Shown here: in pieces, positions 36,606 through 47,197 of the stretch
How positions within the stretch are numbered: position 1 is the stretch's first letter
How the letters are laid out: every line of letters starts with the position of its first letter
Source of the DNA: an uncultured Gemmatimonadales bacterium
GTDB lineage: Bacteria > Gemmatimonadota > Gemmatimonadetes > Gemmatimonadales > GWC2-71-9
DNA: 64,000 nucleotides
Assembly (NCBI GenBank): GCA_963798915.1
Contig: CAWCVB010000006.1
Span: 1-64,000 of the forward strand
Direction of reading: 5' to 3'
Position numbers and translations under genes: made by a program
The notes under the pieces: model-generated
Database searches by the model: none
Seen by the model: the letters and a program-made list of their open reading frames with translations, nothing else
Told to the model about the DNA's origin: nothing

Positions 36606-37156
36606 TGACGTCTTTCGTCTTCTACCTGTTCGCGATCACGGCCATCCTCGGCGCGGCGCTCTGCGTGGTCCAGCGGAGTGCTGTCGTGTCGGCCATGTGG
36701 CTCATGTCCACGATGTTCTCGCTCGCCGCACTGTTCATCCTGCTGCACGCGGAGCTGCTGGGCATCCTGCAGATCCTGGTGTACGTGGGCGCGGTGCTGG
36801 TGCTGTTCCTCTTCGTCGTCATGCTGCTCAACCTCGACCGTGAGGCCGCCGATATCCGCGGGCCCGGCGGCATCGGCGCCGCCGTCTCGATCGCCGGGCT
36901 GCTCCTGGTGGAGCTGATAGCGCTCTGGCGCTACACCCCCGCACGAGTGGCCCAGGAACTGGCCCAGTATCCGCACGCGTCTGGCGCGGTCCTGGGCGGC
37001 GCCGCAACGCTGCAGGCCGCGACGGCCGAGCACGGGGTGGTGGGCGCGATCGCGGAACCCATGTTCCGGACTTACCTCGTGCCGTTCGAGATCACTTCGC
37101 TGCTGCTGCTCGCCGCGCTGGTTGGCGCGGTAGTGCTGGCCAAGCGGAGGATCTGA
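36605..37156 (+). CDS. nuoJ: NADH-quinone oxidoreductase subunit J
   Basis: [39 protein letters not shown]. Confidence 0.95.
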   Translation: MTSFVFYLFAITAILGAALCVVQRSAVVSAMWLMSTMFSLAALFILLHAELLGILQILVYVGAVLVLFLFVVMLLNLDREAADIRGPGGIGAAVSIAGLLLVELIALWRYTPARVAQELAQYPHASGAVLGGAATLQAATAEHGVVGAIAEPMFRTYLVPFEITSLLLLAALVGAVVLAKRRI

Positions 37157-37464
37157 TGCCACAGCCGAGCTTCCTCGGGCCGTCGCTGGCCGTCAGCGCC
37201 ATCCTGTTCAGCATCGGAGTCGCCGGCGTTCTCCTGCGACGCAATGCGATCATCGTGTTCATGTGCGTCGAAATCATGCTGAATGCCGTGAACCTGGCGT
37301 TCATCGCACTGGCGCAGCTCCATGGGGTGGGGGGGCAGATCATGGTGTTCTTCGTCATGACGGTGGCGGCCGCCGAGGCTGCCGTCGGCCTCGCGATCAT
37401 TCTCGCGATCTTCCGCCATCGGCAATCGGTGGACCTCAAGAACATCAACCTGCTCAAGGGCTGA
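37156..37464 (+). CDS. nuoK: NADH-quinone oxidoreductase subunit K
   Basis: [25 protein letters not shown]. Confidence 0.96.
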   Translation: MPQPSFLGPSLAVSAILFSIGVAGVLLRRNAIIVFMCVEIMLNAVNLAFIALAQLHGVGGQIMVFFVMTVAAAEAAVGLAIILAIFRHRQSVDLKNINLLKG

Positions 37465-39497
37465 TGACTCACTCCCTCGTTGTACCCGCCCGCGAAGCGG
37501 CCAGCCAGGGTGGGGCCATCGCCTGGCTCTGGCTTACGATTGCGTTGCCGCTGGCGGGCTCCTTGGTGAATGGCTGGCTCTCCGTGAGCCGCTCCCGGGC
37601 CAAGGCTGTGGTGTCGGTGGTGGGTCCTGGCGTGCTGTTCGCCGCGTTTGCCGTGGCGCTGGCGGCATTTCTCCAGCTGCGGGGTCTTGAGGCCGAGCAC
37701 CCGATCGTCCAGACGTTCTGGAGCTGGCTCCCGGTGGGCAATCTCCATATCAATTTTGCCATCCAGTATGATCAGCTCTCGGCGGTCATGCTGCTGGTCG
37801 TCACCGGCGTCGGCAGCCTGATTCATCTGTTCAGCGTTGGCTACATGCGGAGCGATGCCGGTTACGCTCGGTACTTTGCGTACCTGAACCTGTTCATCGT
37901 CTTCATGCTGGTGCTGGTCCTCGGGGCAAATTATCCGGTGCTCTTCATTGGCTGGGAAGGCGTGGGCCTCGCCTCCTACCTGCTGATCGGTTTCTGGTTC
38001 AGCGACAAGGCCAACGCCGATGCGGGGAAGAAGGCCTTCCTGGTCAACCGGATCGGCGATTTCGGCTTCCTCGTGGCCATGTTCATGCTCTGGCAGGCCG
38101 CCGGCACCCTGGACTTCACCGGCGTCACCGCCTGGGCGGCCGCCCGTCCGGACCTGGTGGGCTCGGGGCTCGTCACTGCCATCGCCCTCTTCATGTTCCT
38201 GGGCTGCGCCGGCAAGTCAGCCCAGATCCCGCTCTATACCTGGTTGCCCGACGCGATGGCGGGCCCGACACCGGTTTCAGCGCTGATCCATGCCGCGACC
38301 ATGGTCACCGCCGGCGTCTATCTGGTGGTGCGAAGCAACGCGATCTTTGCGATGAGTCCCGTCGCCAGCACGGTGGTGGCGGGCGTGGGCGCCCTCACCG
38401 CACTCTTTGCGGCCACCATTGGCCTGCGCCAGTACGACATCAAGAAAGTGCTGGCCTATTCCACCGTCTCGCAGCTTGGCTACATGTTTGTGGGCGTCGG
38501 GACTGGCGCATATGTGGCCGGCATCTTTCACCTCGTCACGCACGCCTTCTTCAAGGCACTGCTCTTTCTCGGGGCCGGCGCCGTGATCCATGCGATGCAC
38601 GAGGCCTACCATGCGACCCATTCCGGCGCCGATGCGCAGGACATGCGAAACATGGGCGGGCTGAGACGCTACATGCCCGTCACCTGGTGGGTGATGCTCC
38701 TGGCGACGCTCGCCATCGCCGGCATTCCGCCGTTCTCGGGCTTCTTCTCGAAGGATGAGATCCTGTCGCTGGCCTTTGCGCGAGGGGCCGAGCAGCCGCT
38801 GTTCTATGTGTTCTATGGCTTCGGATTGCTGGCGGCACTGCTCACGGCCATCTACATGGCCCGACTGATGGCGATGACCTTCCTCGGAGCCAACCGCACC
38901 GGTGCCGAGGAGGCCACGCACTTGCACGACGCGCCGCGCACCATGACCTGGCCGCTGGTCGTTTTGGCGCTGCTGTCAGTCGTGGGCGGACTTGTCAACC
39001 TGCCGCACCTGGTCGGCGGGCAGCAGTGGCTGGATCGTTGGCTCGAGCCGGTGCTGGCTCCCGCTGCCGCGACGCCGTTCGGAAGCGCGCTGCGCCTGCC
39101 GGAGGGTTCCACCGAGCTGGTGCTGGTGGGCATCGCCGTACTGGTGGGGGTCGTGGGCCTCGTCATCGGGTTCCGCGGCAACCTGGCGCGCCCCGTGGTC
39201 ACGCCGGACGCCGCCCCGGCGGAACGCGGCCTGAACCGGGTGCTGTTCCACAAGTACTGGATCGATGAACTGTATGACCGCGTCATTGTGCGGCCCCTGG
39301 TGTGGCTCTCCCGTGCTGTGCTGTGGAAGACGACGGACAAGGGTCTGATCGATGGCGCATTCGTCAACGGATCGGCCTGGTTTGCTCGCAGTGTCCTGGG
39401 CAAGGCCGGAAGCCTGTTGCAGAACGGGCAGGTCGGCCTCTACGTGATCGCCTTCCTCGTCGGCGCGCTCTGGATCCTGCGCGTCATGGTGGGGTGA
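37464..39497 (+). CDS. nuoL: NADH-quinone oxidoreductase subunit L
   Basis: GWEGVG, NRIGD, GKSAQIPL..WLPDAMAGPTPVSALIHAATMV, THAFFKALLFL. Confidence 0.96.
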   Translation: MTHSLVVPAREAASQGGAIAWLWLTIALPLAGSLVNGWLSVSRSRAKAVVSVVGPGVLFAAFAVALAAFLQLRGLEAEHPIVQTFWSWLPVGNLHINFAIQYDQLSAVMLLVVTGVGSLIHLFSVGYMRSDAGYARYFAYLNLFIVFMLVLVLGANYPVLFIGWEGVGLASYLLIGFWFSDKANADAGKKAFLVNRIGDFGFLVAMFMLWQAAGTLDFTGVTAWAAARPDLVGSGLVTAIALFMFLGCAGKSAQIPLYTWLPDAMAGPTPVSALIHAATMVTAGVYLVVRSNAIFAMSPVASTVVAGVGALTALFAATIGLRQYDIKKVLAYSTVSQLGYMFVGVGTGAYVAGIFHLVTHAFFKALLFLGAGAVIHAMHEAYHATHSGADAQDMRNMGGLRRYMPVTWWVMLLATLAIAGIPPFSGFFSKDEILSLAFARGAEQPLFYVFYGFGLLAALLTAIYMARLMAMTFLGANRTGAEEATHLHDAPRTMTWPLVVLALLSVVGGLVNLPHLVGGQQWLDRWLEPVLAPAAATPFGSALRLPEGSTELVLVGIAVLVGVVGLVIGFRGNLARPVVTPDAAPAERGLNRVLFHKYWIDELYDRVIVRPLVWLSRAVLWKTTDKGLIDGAFVNGSAWFARSVLGKAGSLLQNGQVGLYVIAFLVGALWILRVMVG

Positions 39498-39504
39498 CAA
39501 TACC

Positions 39505-41055
39505 ATGACCGCATTCCTCGACTCCATCGGCTATGGCAGCTGGGTGCTTCACGTCCTGGTGCTGCTGCCGCTCGTGGGCGTTCCCCTGGTGCTGCTGGCG
39601 CCCGTCCGGGCGGCCAAGCATGTCGCGCTGGGCGTGGCACTGGCGGAGTTCATCGTGTCGGCCGGCCTCTGGTGGCATTTCGATCCGGCCGCCGGCATGC
39701 AGTACCAGTCGACGCTCGCCTGGATGCCGCTCTGGGGCATCAGCTACACCGTGGGGCTGGACGGCACCAGTCTGGTCATGGTGCTGCTGACCACCCTGCT
39801 GGGGCCCATTTCCGTCCTGGGCAGCTATCGCTACATCACCCAGCGCGAGCGCGCGTTCTATGCCTTGCTGCTGGCCATGGTCACCGCGATGGTCGGCTGC
39901 TTCATCGCGCTCGACCTGTTTGTCTTCTACGTCTTCTTCGAGCTGATGCTGATTCCGATGTACTTCCTGATCGGGATCTGGGGTGGCTCCCGCCGGATGT
40001 ATGCGGCCATCAAGTTCTTCGTGTACACGTTCCTGGGCTCGCTGCTCATGCTGGTGGCCATCGTGGTGCTGGTCTGGAAGGTCGCGGCGGCCACGGGGAC
40101 GCTCTCATTCGCGTACGACCAGGTGCTGCGGCATGCCGGCGCGGCAGGAACGGCGGCACCGTGGTTGTTTGGCGCCTTTGCGCTCGCCTTTGCCATCAAG
40201 GTGCCCATCTTTCCCCTGCACACCTGGCTGCCGGATGCGCACACCGAGGCGCCCACCGCGGGCAGCGTGATGCTGGCCAGCGTCATGCTGAAAATCGGGA
40301 CCTACGGCTTCATCCGCTTCGCGGTGCCCTTTTTCCCCTCGGTAGCGCTGAGTCCGAAGGTCACGGCGCTGATCGTAGTACTGGCCGTGATCGGGATCGT
40401 GTATGGTGCGCTGGTCGCCATGGTGCAGCCAGACTTCAAGCGGCTGGTGGCGTACAGCTCGGTCAGCCACCTGGGCTTCGTGATGCTGGGGATCTGGGGC
40501 CTCACGCTCCAGAGCGTGCAGGGCGCCCTCATGGTCATGATTGCGCACGGGCTTTCCACCGGCGCGCTGTTCCTCATGATCGGCATGCTCTACGAGCGCC
40601 GCCACAGCCGTGACATCGCCGCCTTCGGCGGCATTGCCCGGAGCGTGCCCATCCTGAGCCTGATCCTCACCCTGGTGGCGTTCTCGTCGATCGGGTTGCC
40701 CGGTCTGAATGGTTTCGTGGGTGAGTTTCTCGTGCTGCTGGGCAGCTTTGGCCGATTCCCCTGGGCCACGGGCATCGCCACGACGGTGGTGATCCTGGCC
40801 GCCGCGTACCTGCTCTGGGCACTCCAGCGCATCATCTTCAACCCGATCGACAAGCCCGAGAACGAGTCCATGACCGACCTTTCCGTGCGCGAGCTGGTGG
40901 TGCTGGCGCCGCTCGTGCTCGGCATTCTCTGGATGGGACTCTATCCCGCGCCATTGCTGCGCCGGACCGAGACGGCGGCCCGCCAGTTCATCGAGTATGC
41001 ACGGCCACCGGCTGCCCGGGCGCTGGACACTGTGCGTCCGGAGGTCGTGCCGTGA
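39505..41055 (+). CDS. nuoM: NADH-quinone oxidoreductase subunit M
   Basis: FFELMLIPMYFLIGIWG, HTWLPDAHTEAPTAGS, AYSSVSHLG, LPGLNGFVGE. Confidence 0.96.
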   Translation: MTAFLDSIGYGSWVLHVLVLLPLVGVPLVLLAPVRAAKHVALGVALAEFIVSAGLWWHFDPAAGMQYQSTLAWMPLWGISYTVGLDGTSLVMVLLTTLLGPISVLGSYRYITQRERAFYALLLAMVTAMVGCFIALDLFVFYVFFELMLIPMYFLIGIWGGSRRMYAAIKFFVYTFLGSLLMLVAIVVLVWKVAAATGTLSFAYDQVLRHAGAAGTAAPWLFGAFALAFAIKVPIFPLHTWLPDAHTEAPTAGSVMLASVMLKIGTYGFIRFAVPFFPSVALSPKVTALIVVLAVIGIVYGALVAMVQPDFKRLVAYSSVSHLGFVMLGIWGLTLQSVQGALMVMIAHGLSTGALFLMIGMLYERRHSRDIAAFGGIARSVPILSLILTLVAFSSIGLPGLNGFVGEFLVLLGSFGRFPWATGIATTVVILAAAYLLWALQRIIFNPIDKPENESMTDLSVRELVVLAPLVLGILWMGLYPAPLLRRTETAARQFIEYARPPAARALDTVRPEVVP

Positions 41056-42554
41056 ACGCCATCGACCTCTCCTCGCCGCAGGGCATGACCCAGGCGCTGT
41101 TACCCGAGCTGCTGCTCGTCGGGGCAACCCTGGTCGTGCTGCTGGTGGTGGCCTGGCGGCACCGGACGGCTGCCGACAGCCGCCTGGCCGGATGGATCAG
41201 CGCGGCAGGACTCGTGGTCTCCGGCGGCGGACTCGCCTGGCTCTGGCTTCACCATGCCCGTGCAGCCGGCCTTGCGCAGATGATCGCGCTCGACGGGTAC
41301 CGCTATGCGGCTGACGGGCTGATCCTGCTTGCGGCACTGGGAACGGTGCTGGCGTCCCTCGGCTACCTCGAACGGGAAGGGATGCTGGCGCCCGAGTACT
41401 ACCCGCTCATCCTGATGGGAACCGCGGGCATGCTGTTCCTCGCGGGGGCGGAAGATCTCATCGTGCTCTTTCTCGGGCTCGAGGTCATGTCCGTCGCGGT
41501 CTATGTGCTGGCCGGGTTTGACCGCCGGGATGTCTTCTCGGCCGAAGCGGCGCTCAAGTACTTCCTCATTGGCGCCTTTGCGTCGGGCTTCCTGCTCTAC
41601 GGCATCGCCCTGACGTACGGGGCCACCGGCCAGACCAGCATGCAGCTGATCGGGGCCGCGCTCGCCACTGGCGCACCCTCGTTGCTGGCCCGGCTTGGCC
41701 TGGGCCTGCTGCTGATCGGCCTCGGCTTCAAGGTGGCGGCGGTGCCCTTCCATATGTGGGCTCCGGACGTGTACGACGGCTCGCCCACTCCGGTCACCGG
41801 CTACATGGCCACCGGCGTGAAGGTGGCGGCGTTCATCGCACTGTCCCGGCTGCTGGTCGAGTCGTTCCCGGCGCTCGACCAGTTCTGGCAGCCGGTGGTC
41901 GGCGTCCTCGCGGTCGTCACCATGGTGGCCGGAAACCTGATTGCGCTGGCGCAGAAAACCGTCAAGCGCATGTTGGCGTACAGCTCGATCGCCCACGCCG
42001 GCTATCTCCTGGTGGCGCTCTGGCCCGGCACCCATCTCGGCACCAGTTCCGTGATGCTGTATCTGGCCGCCTACACGCTCACCACGCTCGCGGCCTTCGT
42101 CCTGCTCGCCTCCCTCGGCCGCGATGGCGAGCGCTCGGTACGCTTTGACGATCTTGCCGGGCTGGCCCGCCAGCGGCCCTGGACGGCGCTCGCCCTGACG
42201 ATCTGCATGCTCAGCCTGCTCGGGTTTCCGGGCACCTTCGGGTTCATCGGCAAGTGGTACATCCTGCAGGCGGTGCTTGCCACCAGGCAGTACATTCTGC
42301 CGGTCGTGCTGGTGCTGACAAGCGTGGTCTCCGCCGGATATTACCTGCCCGTGATCATGGCCATGTACATGCGCGAGCCGGGCGAAGGTGCGGCCTGGCA
42401 GGGACTTCGCCTGGCCCGGCCGGCGGCGTGGGTGGCGGGGCTTTCGGTGGTGGCGGTCATTCTGGTTGGTGTGCTGCCCAACGGCGCCATCGGCATCGCC
42501 ATCAACAGCGTCCGCTCGCTGGTCATGACCCAGCTGCCAATGGCGGGACACTGA
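41052..42554 (+). CDS. nuoN: NADH-quinone oxidoreductase subunit N
   Basis: EAALKYFLIG, FKVAAVPFHMWAPDVYDGSP, KRMLAYSSIAHAG. Confidence 0.96.
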   Translation: MNAIDLSSPQGMTQALLPELLLVGATLVVLLVVAWRHRTAADSRLAGWISAAGLVVSGGGLAWLWLHHARAAGLAQMIALDGYRYAADGLILLAALGTVLASLGYLEREGMLAPEYYPLILMGTAGMLFLAGAEDLIVLFLGLEVMSVAVYVLAGFDRRDVFSAEAALKYFLIGAFASGFLLYGIALTYGATGQTSMQLIGAALATGAPSLLARLGLGLLLIGLGFKVAAVPFHMWAPDVYDGSPTPVTGYMATGVKVAAFIALSRLLVESFPALDQFWQPVVGVLAVVTMVAGNLIALAQKTVKRMLAYSSIAHAGYLLVALWPGTHLGTSSVMLYLAAYTLTTLAAFVLLASLGRDGERSVRFDDLAGLARQRPWTALALTICMLSLLGFPGTFGFIGKWYILQAVLATRQYILPVVLVLTSVVSAGYYLPVIMAMYMREPGEGAAWQGLRLARPAAWVAGLSVVAVILVGVLPNGAIGIAINSVRSLVMTQLPMAGH

Positions 42555-42557
42555 GCG

Positions 42558-43928
42558 ATGAAAGTTCCTCGTACGATCTTCCGGGAATATGACGTTCGTG
42601 GCATCGTCGATAGCGAGCTGACGCCCGAATTCGCCCGGGCGCTCGGACGGGCGTATGCGTCGGTGGTCTGGGACAAGGTGGGGCATGCGCCAGTGCTGAC
42701 GGTGGGTCGCGATAACCGCCCGTCAGGTGACGCGCTGGCCACCGGGTTTCGCCAGGGCATCGCGGATGCGGGCGGGACGGCGGTGGACGTCGGCATGCTG
42801 CCGACGCCGGCGCTCTATCTGAGCGTTCACGCGCTCGAATCCGATGGCGGAGCGCAGGTCACCGGCTCGCATAATCCGCCTGAATTCAACGGTTTCAAGA
42901 TGGTGGCGGGCGGTGAATCGCTGCACGGTCCTGAGATCACGCATCTCTGGGAATTGATCGAGACGGAATCCTGGCGGAGCGGGGCAGGGGCGGAACGAGC
43001 GGACTCCTCGATGCTCGGTCGCTATCGCGACGCCATCTGTGAACGGAACTCGCTGGACCGGCCCGTCAAGGTCGTCGTTGATTGCGGGAACGGCGTGGCC
43101 AGCCTGATTGCGGTGGCGACGTTGCGGCAGGCCGGCGCGGAAGTGATCCCGCTCTTCTGTGACTCGGATGGAACGTTTCCCAATCATCACCCCGACCCGA
43201 CGGTTCCCGAGAACCTGACTGACCTGCGGGCCGAGGTGCGCCGCAGTGGCGCTGAACTTGGCATCGCCTTCGACGGCGATGGCGACCGGATCGGCGCCGT
43301 CGATGAAAGTGGCCGGGTCCTCTATGGCGACCAATTGCTCATTCTCTTCGGGCGCGACGCGGTGGCACGTTTTGGCCGCGGCTCGACGGTTATTTTCGAC
43401 GTGAAGTGTTCGGATGTGCTTCCGGAGGCATTGCGGGCGGCTGGCGCACGGCCGGAGATGTGGAAGACCGGCCACTCGCTGATCGAGGCGCGCATGAAGG
43501 AGCTGGACGCCCCGCTCGCCGGCGAGATGAGTGGACACATCTTTTTCGGCGGTGATTACTACGGGTTTGATGACGCCCTCTTTGCCGCGGCGCGACTCCT
43601 TGGCATTGTCTCGCACGCCAAGTACGGCCTGGCGGCGCTGCTGGCCGACGTGCCTGAGACTTTCGCCACGCCCGAAATCCGGGTGGAGTGTCCCGAGGAC
43701 CGCAAGTTTGCCATCGTGGCCGAGGCAGCGAGCCACTTCGGCAGCAAGTACCCGGTCAATACCATTGACGGCGTGCGCATGTCCTTCCCGCAGGGCTGGG
43801 GCCTGGTCCGGGCGAGCAACACCCAGGCGGTGCTCGTGCTGCGCTTCGAGGCCAAGAGCCAGGAACTGCTCGAGACCTATCGCGCCGAGGTCACACAATG
43901 GCTCGCGGCACAGGGTGTCCGCGGCTGA
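42558..43928 (+). CDS. Phosphomannomutase/phosphoglucomutase
   Basis: IFREYDVRG, TGSHNP, FDGDGDR, GEMSGH, RASNT. Confidence 0.93.
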   Translation: MKVPRTIFREYDVRGIVDSELTPEFARALGRAYASVVWDKVGHAPVLTVGRDNRPSGDALATGFRQGIADAGGTAVDVGMLPTPALYLSVHALESDGGAQVTGSHNPPEFNGFKMVAGGESLHGPEITHLWELIETESWRSGAGAERADSSMLGRYRDAICERNSLDRPVKVVVDCGNGVASLIAVATLRQAGAEVIPLFCDSDGTFPNHHPDPTVPENLTDLRAEVRRSGAELGIAFDGDGDRIGAVDESGRVLYGDQLLILFGRDAVARFGRGSTVIFDVKCSDVLPEALRAAGARPEMWKTGHSLIEARMKELDAPLAGEMSGHIFFGGDYYGFDDALFAAARLLGIVSHAKYGLAALLADVPETFATPEIRVECPEDRKFAIVAEAASHFGSKYPVNTIDGVRMSFPQGWGLVRASNTQAVLVLRFEAKSQELLETYRAEVTQWLAAQGVRG

Positions 43929-43931
43929 CCC

Positions 43932-46307
43932 GTGACACGCCGCCGGACATGGCTGCTTGCCGGCGGCGCACTCGTCGTGGTCTGCCTCTTTGCCGGCCGA
44001 TTCACCGCCGAGCTGCTGGCCGACCGCTGGTGGGCGGCGCAGTTTTCCGACGAGGCCAGCCGGGTCGTGACACGCTGGCATTTGTGGGCCCTTGGCATGG
44101 GCGGCGTCGCCGTGATCTTTGCCACGGCCTGGTTTGTCCTGCAGATGCTGATTGTTATCCGGGCCGTAGGCTCGGTGCAGATTCTTCGGGATGTCGGCGG
44201 GCTCCAGTTCCGTGAGGTAGTGAGGCCCGGCGCGCTCAAGACCTTTGCGCTGGGCGCGGGTGTCTGCCTGGGGATCGTCACCGGCATCAGCATGGCCGGC
44301 GAGTGGCCCGCCGTACTGCTTGGGATCCATGGGCTCACGATGGGCATCACGGATCCGCTGCTCCAGCACGACGCCGGCTGGTATGTCGCGCGACTTCCTC
44401 TCTGGCAGCTCCTTCACAGCTTCACGCTTGCCCTGGCGCTGCTCGCGCTGGTCACGGCGACGGTCCTGTATGCCGTGATGGGGGCCCTCCGGCTGGATCG
44501 TCGCCGGCCCGCCATCAATGATCACGCCCGACGCCATCTTGGGGCGCTCCTTGCGCTGGTTGCGCTCGTGATTGCGTGGGGCTTTCTGCTCCGCACCAGC
44601 GGTGTCGTGGCGCAGGCTGGCGCGCCTGATCCCGCGGCCGGGTTTCACCGCAACGCCCTGGTCGGCCCTGCTCTGGCGGGGACCGCCTTGATGGTGGCGG
44701 CGTTGTCGGCGCTCTGGTCCGGCTATGGGCGCCACGCGTTGCTTGCGGCGGGCTGGGCCGTGCTTGGTGTCGCGACCCTCGTGGCCCGCACCGGTGTCCC
44801 GTTGCTGCTGCCGGAGAACGCCACCAGTCTGCCGGATTCGCTGCGCCAGACGTTCGAGGATTCGGCGTTCGGACTGGGCGCACGCGATGGCGAGGCGCCG
44901 GCGACCCTCGGGGCCGCACCGCTGTTCGAGCGGCCCGATGTGCGGCAGCTCTTTGGTTCCGGCGCGCAGGTGGTCGCGATATCCGCCGCCAGGCTGCCGG
45001 TCGCCAACATTCCTCGGCCGGTCTGGCTGGCGTTGATCGAGCCGGAGGCAGGTCCGCCCGCCATCGTGGCCATCGCCGCCGACACCGCCGGCGCTGGCGG
45101 AAGCGCGCTCGCGTATCGCTTGCAGGATTCGCTCGCCTATCCGACGCTCTATTCGCTGGTCAAGCTTGGTCCCGCGGCGGTTCGCCCTGGCGCTCCCGAC
45201 GTGGCGGCGGTGGAATCCGCTCGAGGCGTACCGGTGGGCGGATCGCTGCGCCGCCTGATGCTGAGCTGGGCGACACAATCGCGTCTGGCGTTCGGCGCCC
45301 CGCGGATCGACTGGGCCTTGCACCCGATGGCACGGCTCAATCGGCTGGCTCCCTTTGCGGACTGGTCCGGCATGCGGTCCTCGGTCCAGGATGGAAGAGT
45401 GGTATGGCTGGCAGACGGCTACATCGCCAGTTCCAATTTCCCGCTCACCAGACCGGAGCCGTGGCTGGGCGGCTCAGCCCGGCTGCTCAGGGCGGGATTC
45501 ATCGGCGTGATTGACGCCGAATCCGGCGCCACCCGGATATTCCGGCGGCCCGATGGCGGCGCCCTGGCCGAAGCGTGGGCCGATCTGTCCCGGGGCCTGG
45601 TGGAGCCGCCGGGGGCATTGCCGACAGGACTCCTCGCCGCCGCCGGACCGGCCAGCGCACTCGCCGACGTTCAGGCGCAGATCCTGGTGCAGCGGCTGGC
45701 TGCGGCAGGTGGGGCGGAACTGGTGAGGGTGGGCGTCGCCGGGGCGCAGCTGGAAGAGAGCTGGACTGAGGACGCGTCACCGATGCTGAGCCAGCCGGTG
45801 GCTCTCGGCGGCGCCGACCACCTCTTCGCGGTCATCAGCATGACCGGTACGGCCCCGCCGGCTGTCACCCTGCTGGGCACGGCACCACTGGGATCTCCGG
45901 CGGCGCTGGAGCGGATGTGGGGCCGCTTTGCCACCTTTGCTCCGATTCAGGATTCAGTCCTGGGCGATGGCGCCCATCTGCGTGCGGGCAGCGTGCACCT
46001 CTGGTCGTCTCCCCAAGGTCTTGCGGCCCTCGAGGTGACCACCGCCGCGCGACCCGGTGCGCGACCCGCCATCGTCTGGGTATCGGTGGCCGTCTCGGAC
46101 CGGCTCGGCGCCGGACGAACCTTCGAGCTGGCCTGGCAGAACTTGCTGGGCAACAGCAGTCCCATTGCCCCGGGCCAGGGTGGCAGCACGTTGGAGGAGG
46201 CGCGGCGCTGGATGCAGATCGCCGACGAGGCGCTTCGCAGCGGTGACTGGGGCGCATTTGGCCGAGCTTTTGAGGCCCTGCGGGGCGTGCTGCAGGCCGG
46301 CAAATAG
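43932..46307 (+). CDS. UPF0182-family membrane protein (divergent)
   Basis: Multi-TM N-half with DPLLQHDAGWYVARLP; RLNRLAPF..GRVVWLADGY..FP; GVIDAESG; C-terminal ALRSGDWGAFG. Confidence 0.75.
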   Translation: MTRRRTWLLAGGALVVVCLFAGRFTAELLADRWWAAQFSDEASRVVTRWHLWALGMGGVAVIFATAWFVLQMLIVIRAVGSVQILRDVGGLQFREVVRPGALKTFALGAGVCLGIVTGISMAGEWPAVLLGIHGLTMGITDPLLQHDAGWYVARLPLWQLLHSFTLALALLALVTATVLYAVMGALRLDRRRPAINDHARRHLGALLALVALVIAWGFLLRTSGVVAQAGAPDPAAGFHRNALVGPALAGTALMVAALSALWSGYGRHALLAAGWAVLGVATLVARTGVPLLLPENATSLPDSLRQTFEDSAFGLGARDGEAPATLGAAPLFERPDVRQLFGSGAQVVAISAARLPVANIPRPVWLALIEPEAGPPAIVAIAADTAGAGGSALAYRLQDSLAYPTLYSLVKLGPAAVRPGAPDVAAVESARGVPVGGSLRRLMLSWATQSRLAFGAPRIDWALHPMARLNRLAPFADWSGMRSSVQDGRVVWLADGYIASSNFPLTRPEPWLGGSARLLRAGFIGVIDAESGATRIFRRPDGGALAEAWADLSRGLVEPPGALPTGLLAAAGPASALADVQAQILVQRLAAAGGAELVRVGVAGAQLEESWTEDASPMLSQPVALGGADHLFAVISMTGTAPPAVTLLGTAPLGSPAALERMWGRFATFAPIQDSVLGDGAHLRAGSVHLWSSPQGLAALEVTTAARPGARPAIVWVSVAVSDRLGAGRTFELAWQNLLGNSSPIAPGQGGSTLEEARRWMQIADEALRSGDWGAFGRAFEALRGVLQAGK

Positions 46308-46385
46308 GACTTTGCCAAATGGTGCGCCGGCCGTAGGTTAGTGGTTGATCCGTTCCCACTGAAACATTCGCCACAGGAGGTCCCC

Positions 46386-47060
46386 ATGGCATTGCTCCCT
46401 GACTCCTCCACTCCTCGTCGCGGCTTTCTCGGCCGCATGGCGGTCGCGGCGACAGCACTTGGGCTGAGCGGTTCAGTCGCCGCCCCACTCGCAGCTGCTA
46501 CTGAATCCAGGAGCCGGAACCCGGGAACCGATCCCGATCTCGACGCCTGGTTCGGCAAGCTCACGGGCAAGCATCGCCAGGTCTTTGATGCGCCTGCCGC
46601 CAATGGCGGCATGCCTGCGGTCTGGCCGAGAGTCTATCTGCTCACGATGGGCGCGACCTATCCGGGTGAGCAGAGCACCGCGATGGTCATCCTTCGGCAC
46701 GCCGCCATACCGCTGGCCATGAGTGACGCGCTCTGGAGCAAGTACCATTTCGGCGAAATGTTCGACATCAAGACAGGGGACAAGCCGGCGACCGCCAATC
46801 CATTTGCCACGATCACCGGCTTGCCGATTCCCGGTCTCGGCGTGACCGAACTGCTCAAGTCGGGCGTGCTGATCGGTGCCTGCGATGCCGCACTTACCGT
46901 CTTCAGCGGGGCTGCGGCAAAGAAGATGAACCTCGACCCCGCGGCGGTGAAGCGTGAGTGGGTTGCCGGCCTCTATCCGGGGATTCAGGTCGTGCCGTCC
47001 GGCGTGATGGCAGTCGGGCGCGCCCAGGAGCTGGGCTGCAGTTATTGCTTTGCCGGTTGA
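46386..47060 (+). CDS. Tat-exported conserved protein, DsrE-like fold candidate
   Basis: AGGAGG RBS; PRRGFLG twin-arginine signal; GVLIGACDAAL, VVPSGVMAVGRAQELG. Confidence 0.7.
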   Translation: MALLPDSSTPRRGFLGRMAVAATALGLSGSVAAPLAAATESRSRNPGTDPDLDAWFGKLTGKHRQVFDAPAANGGMPAVWPRVYLLTMGATYPGEQSTAMVILRHAAIPLAMSDALWSKYHFGEMFDIKTGDKPATANPFATITGLPIPGLGVTELLKSGVLIGACDAALTVFSGAAAKKMNLDPAAVKREWVAGLYPGIQVVPSGVMAVGRAQELGCSYCFAG

Positions 47061-47197
47061 CAGCAATGGCGGGGACGCGCCAGGGATGCGCGCCCCCGCT
47101 GCCCGCCTCATCGCCATCCACGCTATCTCCCTACCTTGATTGAGCTTGGGCCCCCGGCTACCTTCGGTGATTGTTCCGAAACCGGGGGCATTCGACC

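Noticed and set aside
20683..45323. Long antisense ORFs (e.g. 20683..22956, 34615..36093, 41100..42686, 42723..45323)
   Set aside because: Shadow frames of well-supported high-GC genes, with no protein motifs.
47068..47107. GC-rich hairpin after the Tat protein gene as an intrinsic terminator
   Set aside because: Imperfect stem and no U tract; insufficient support.
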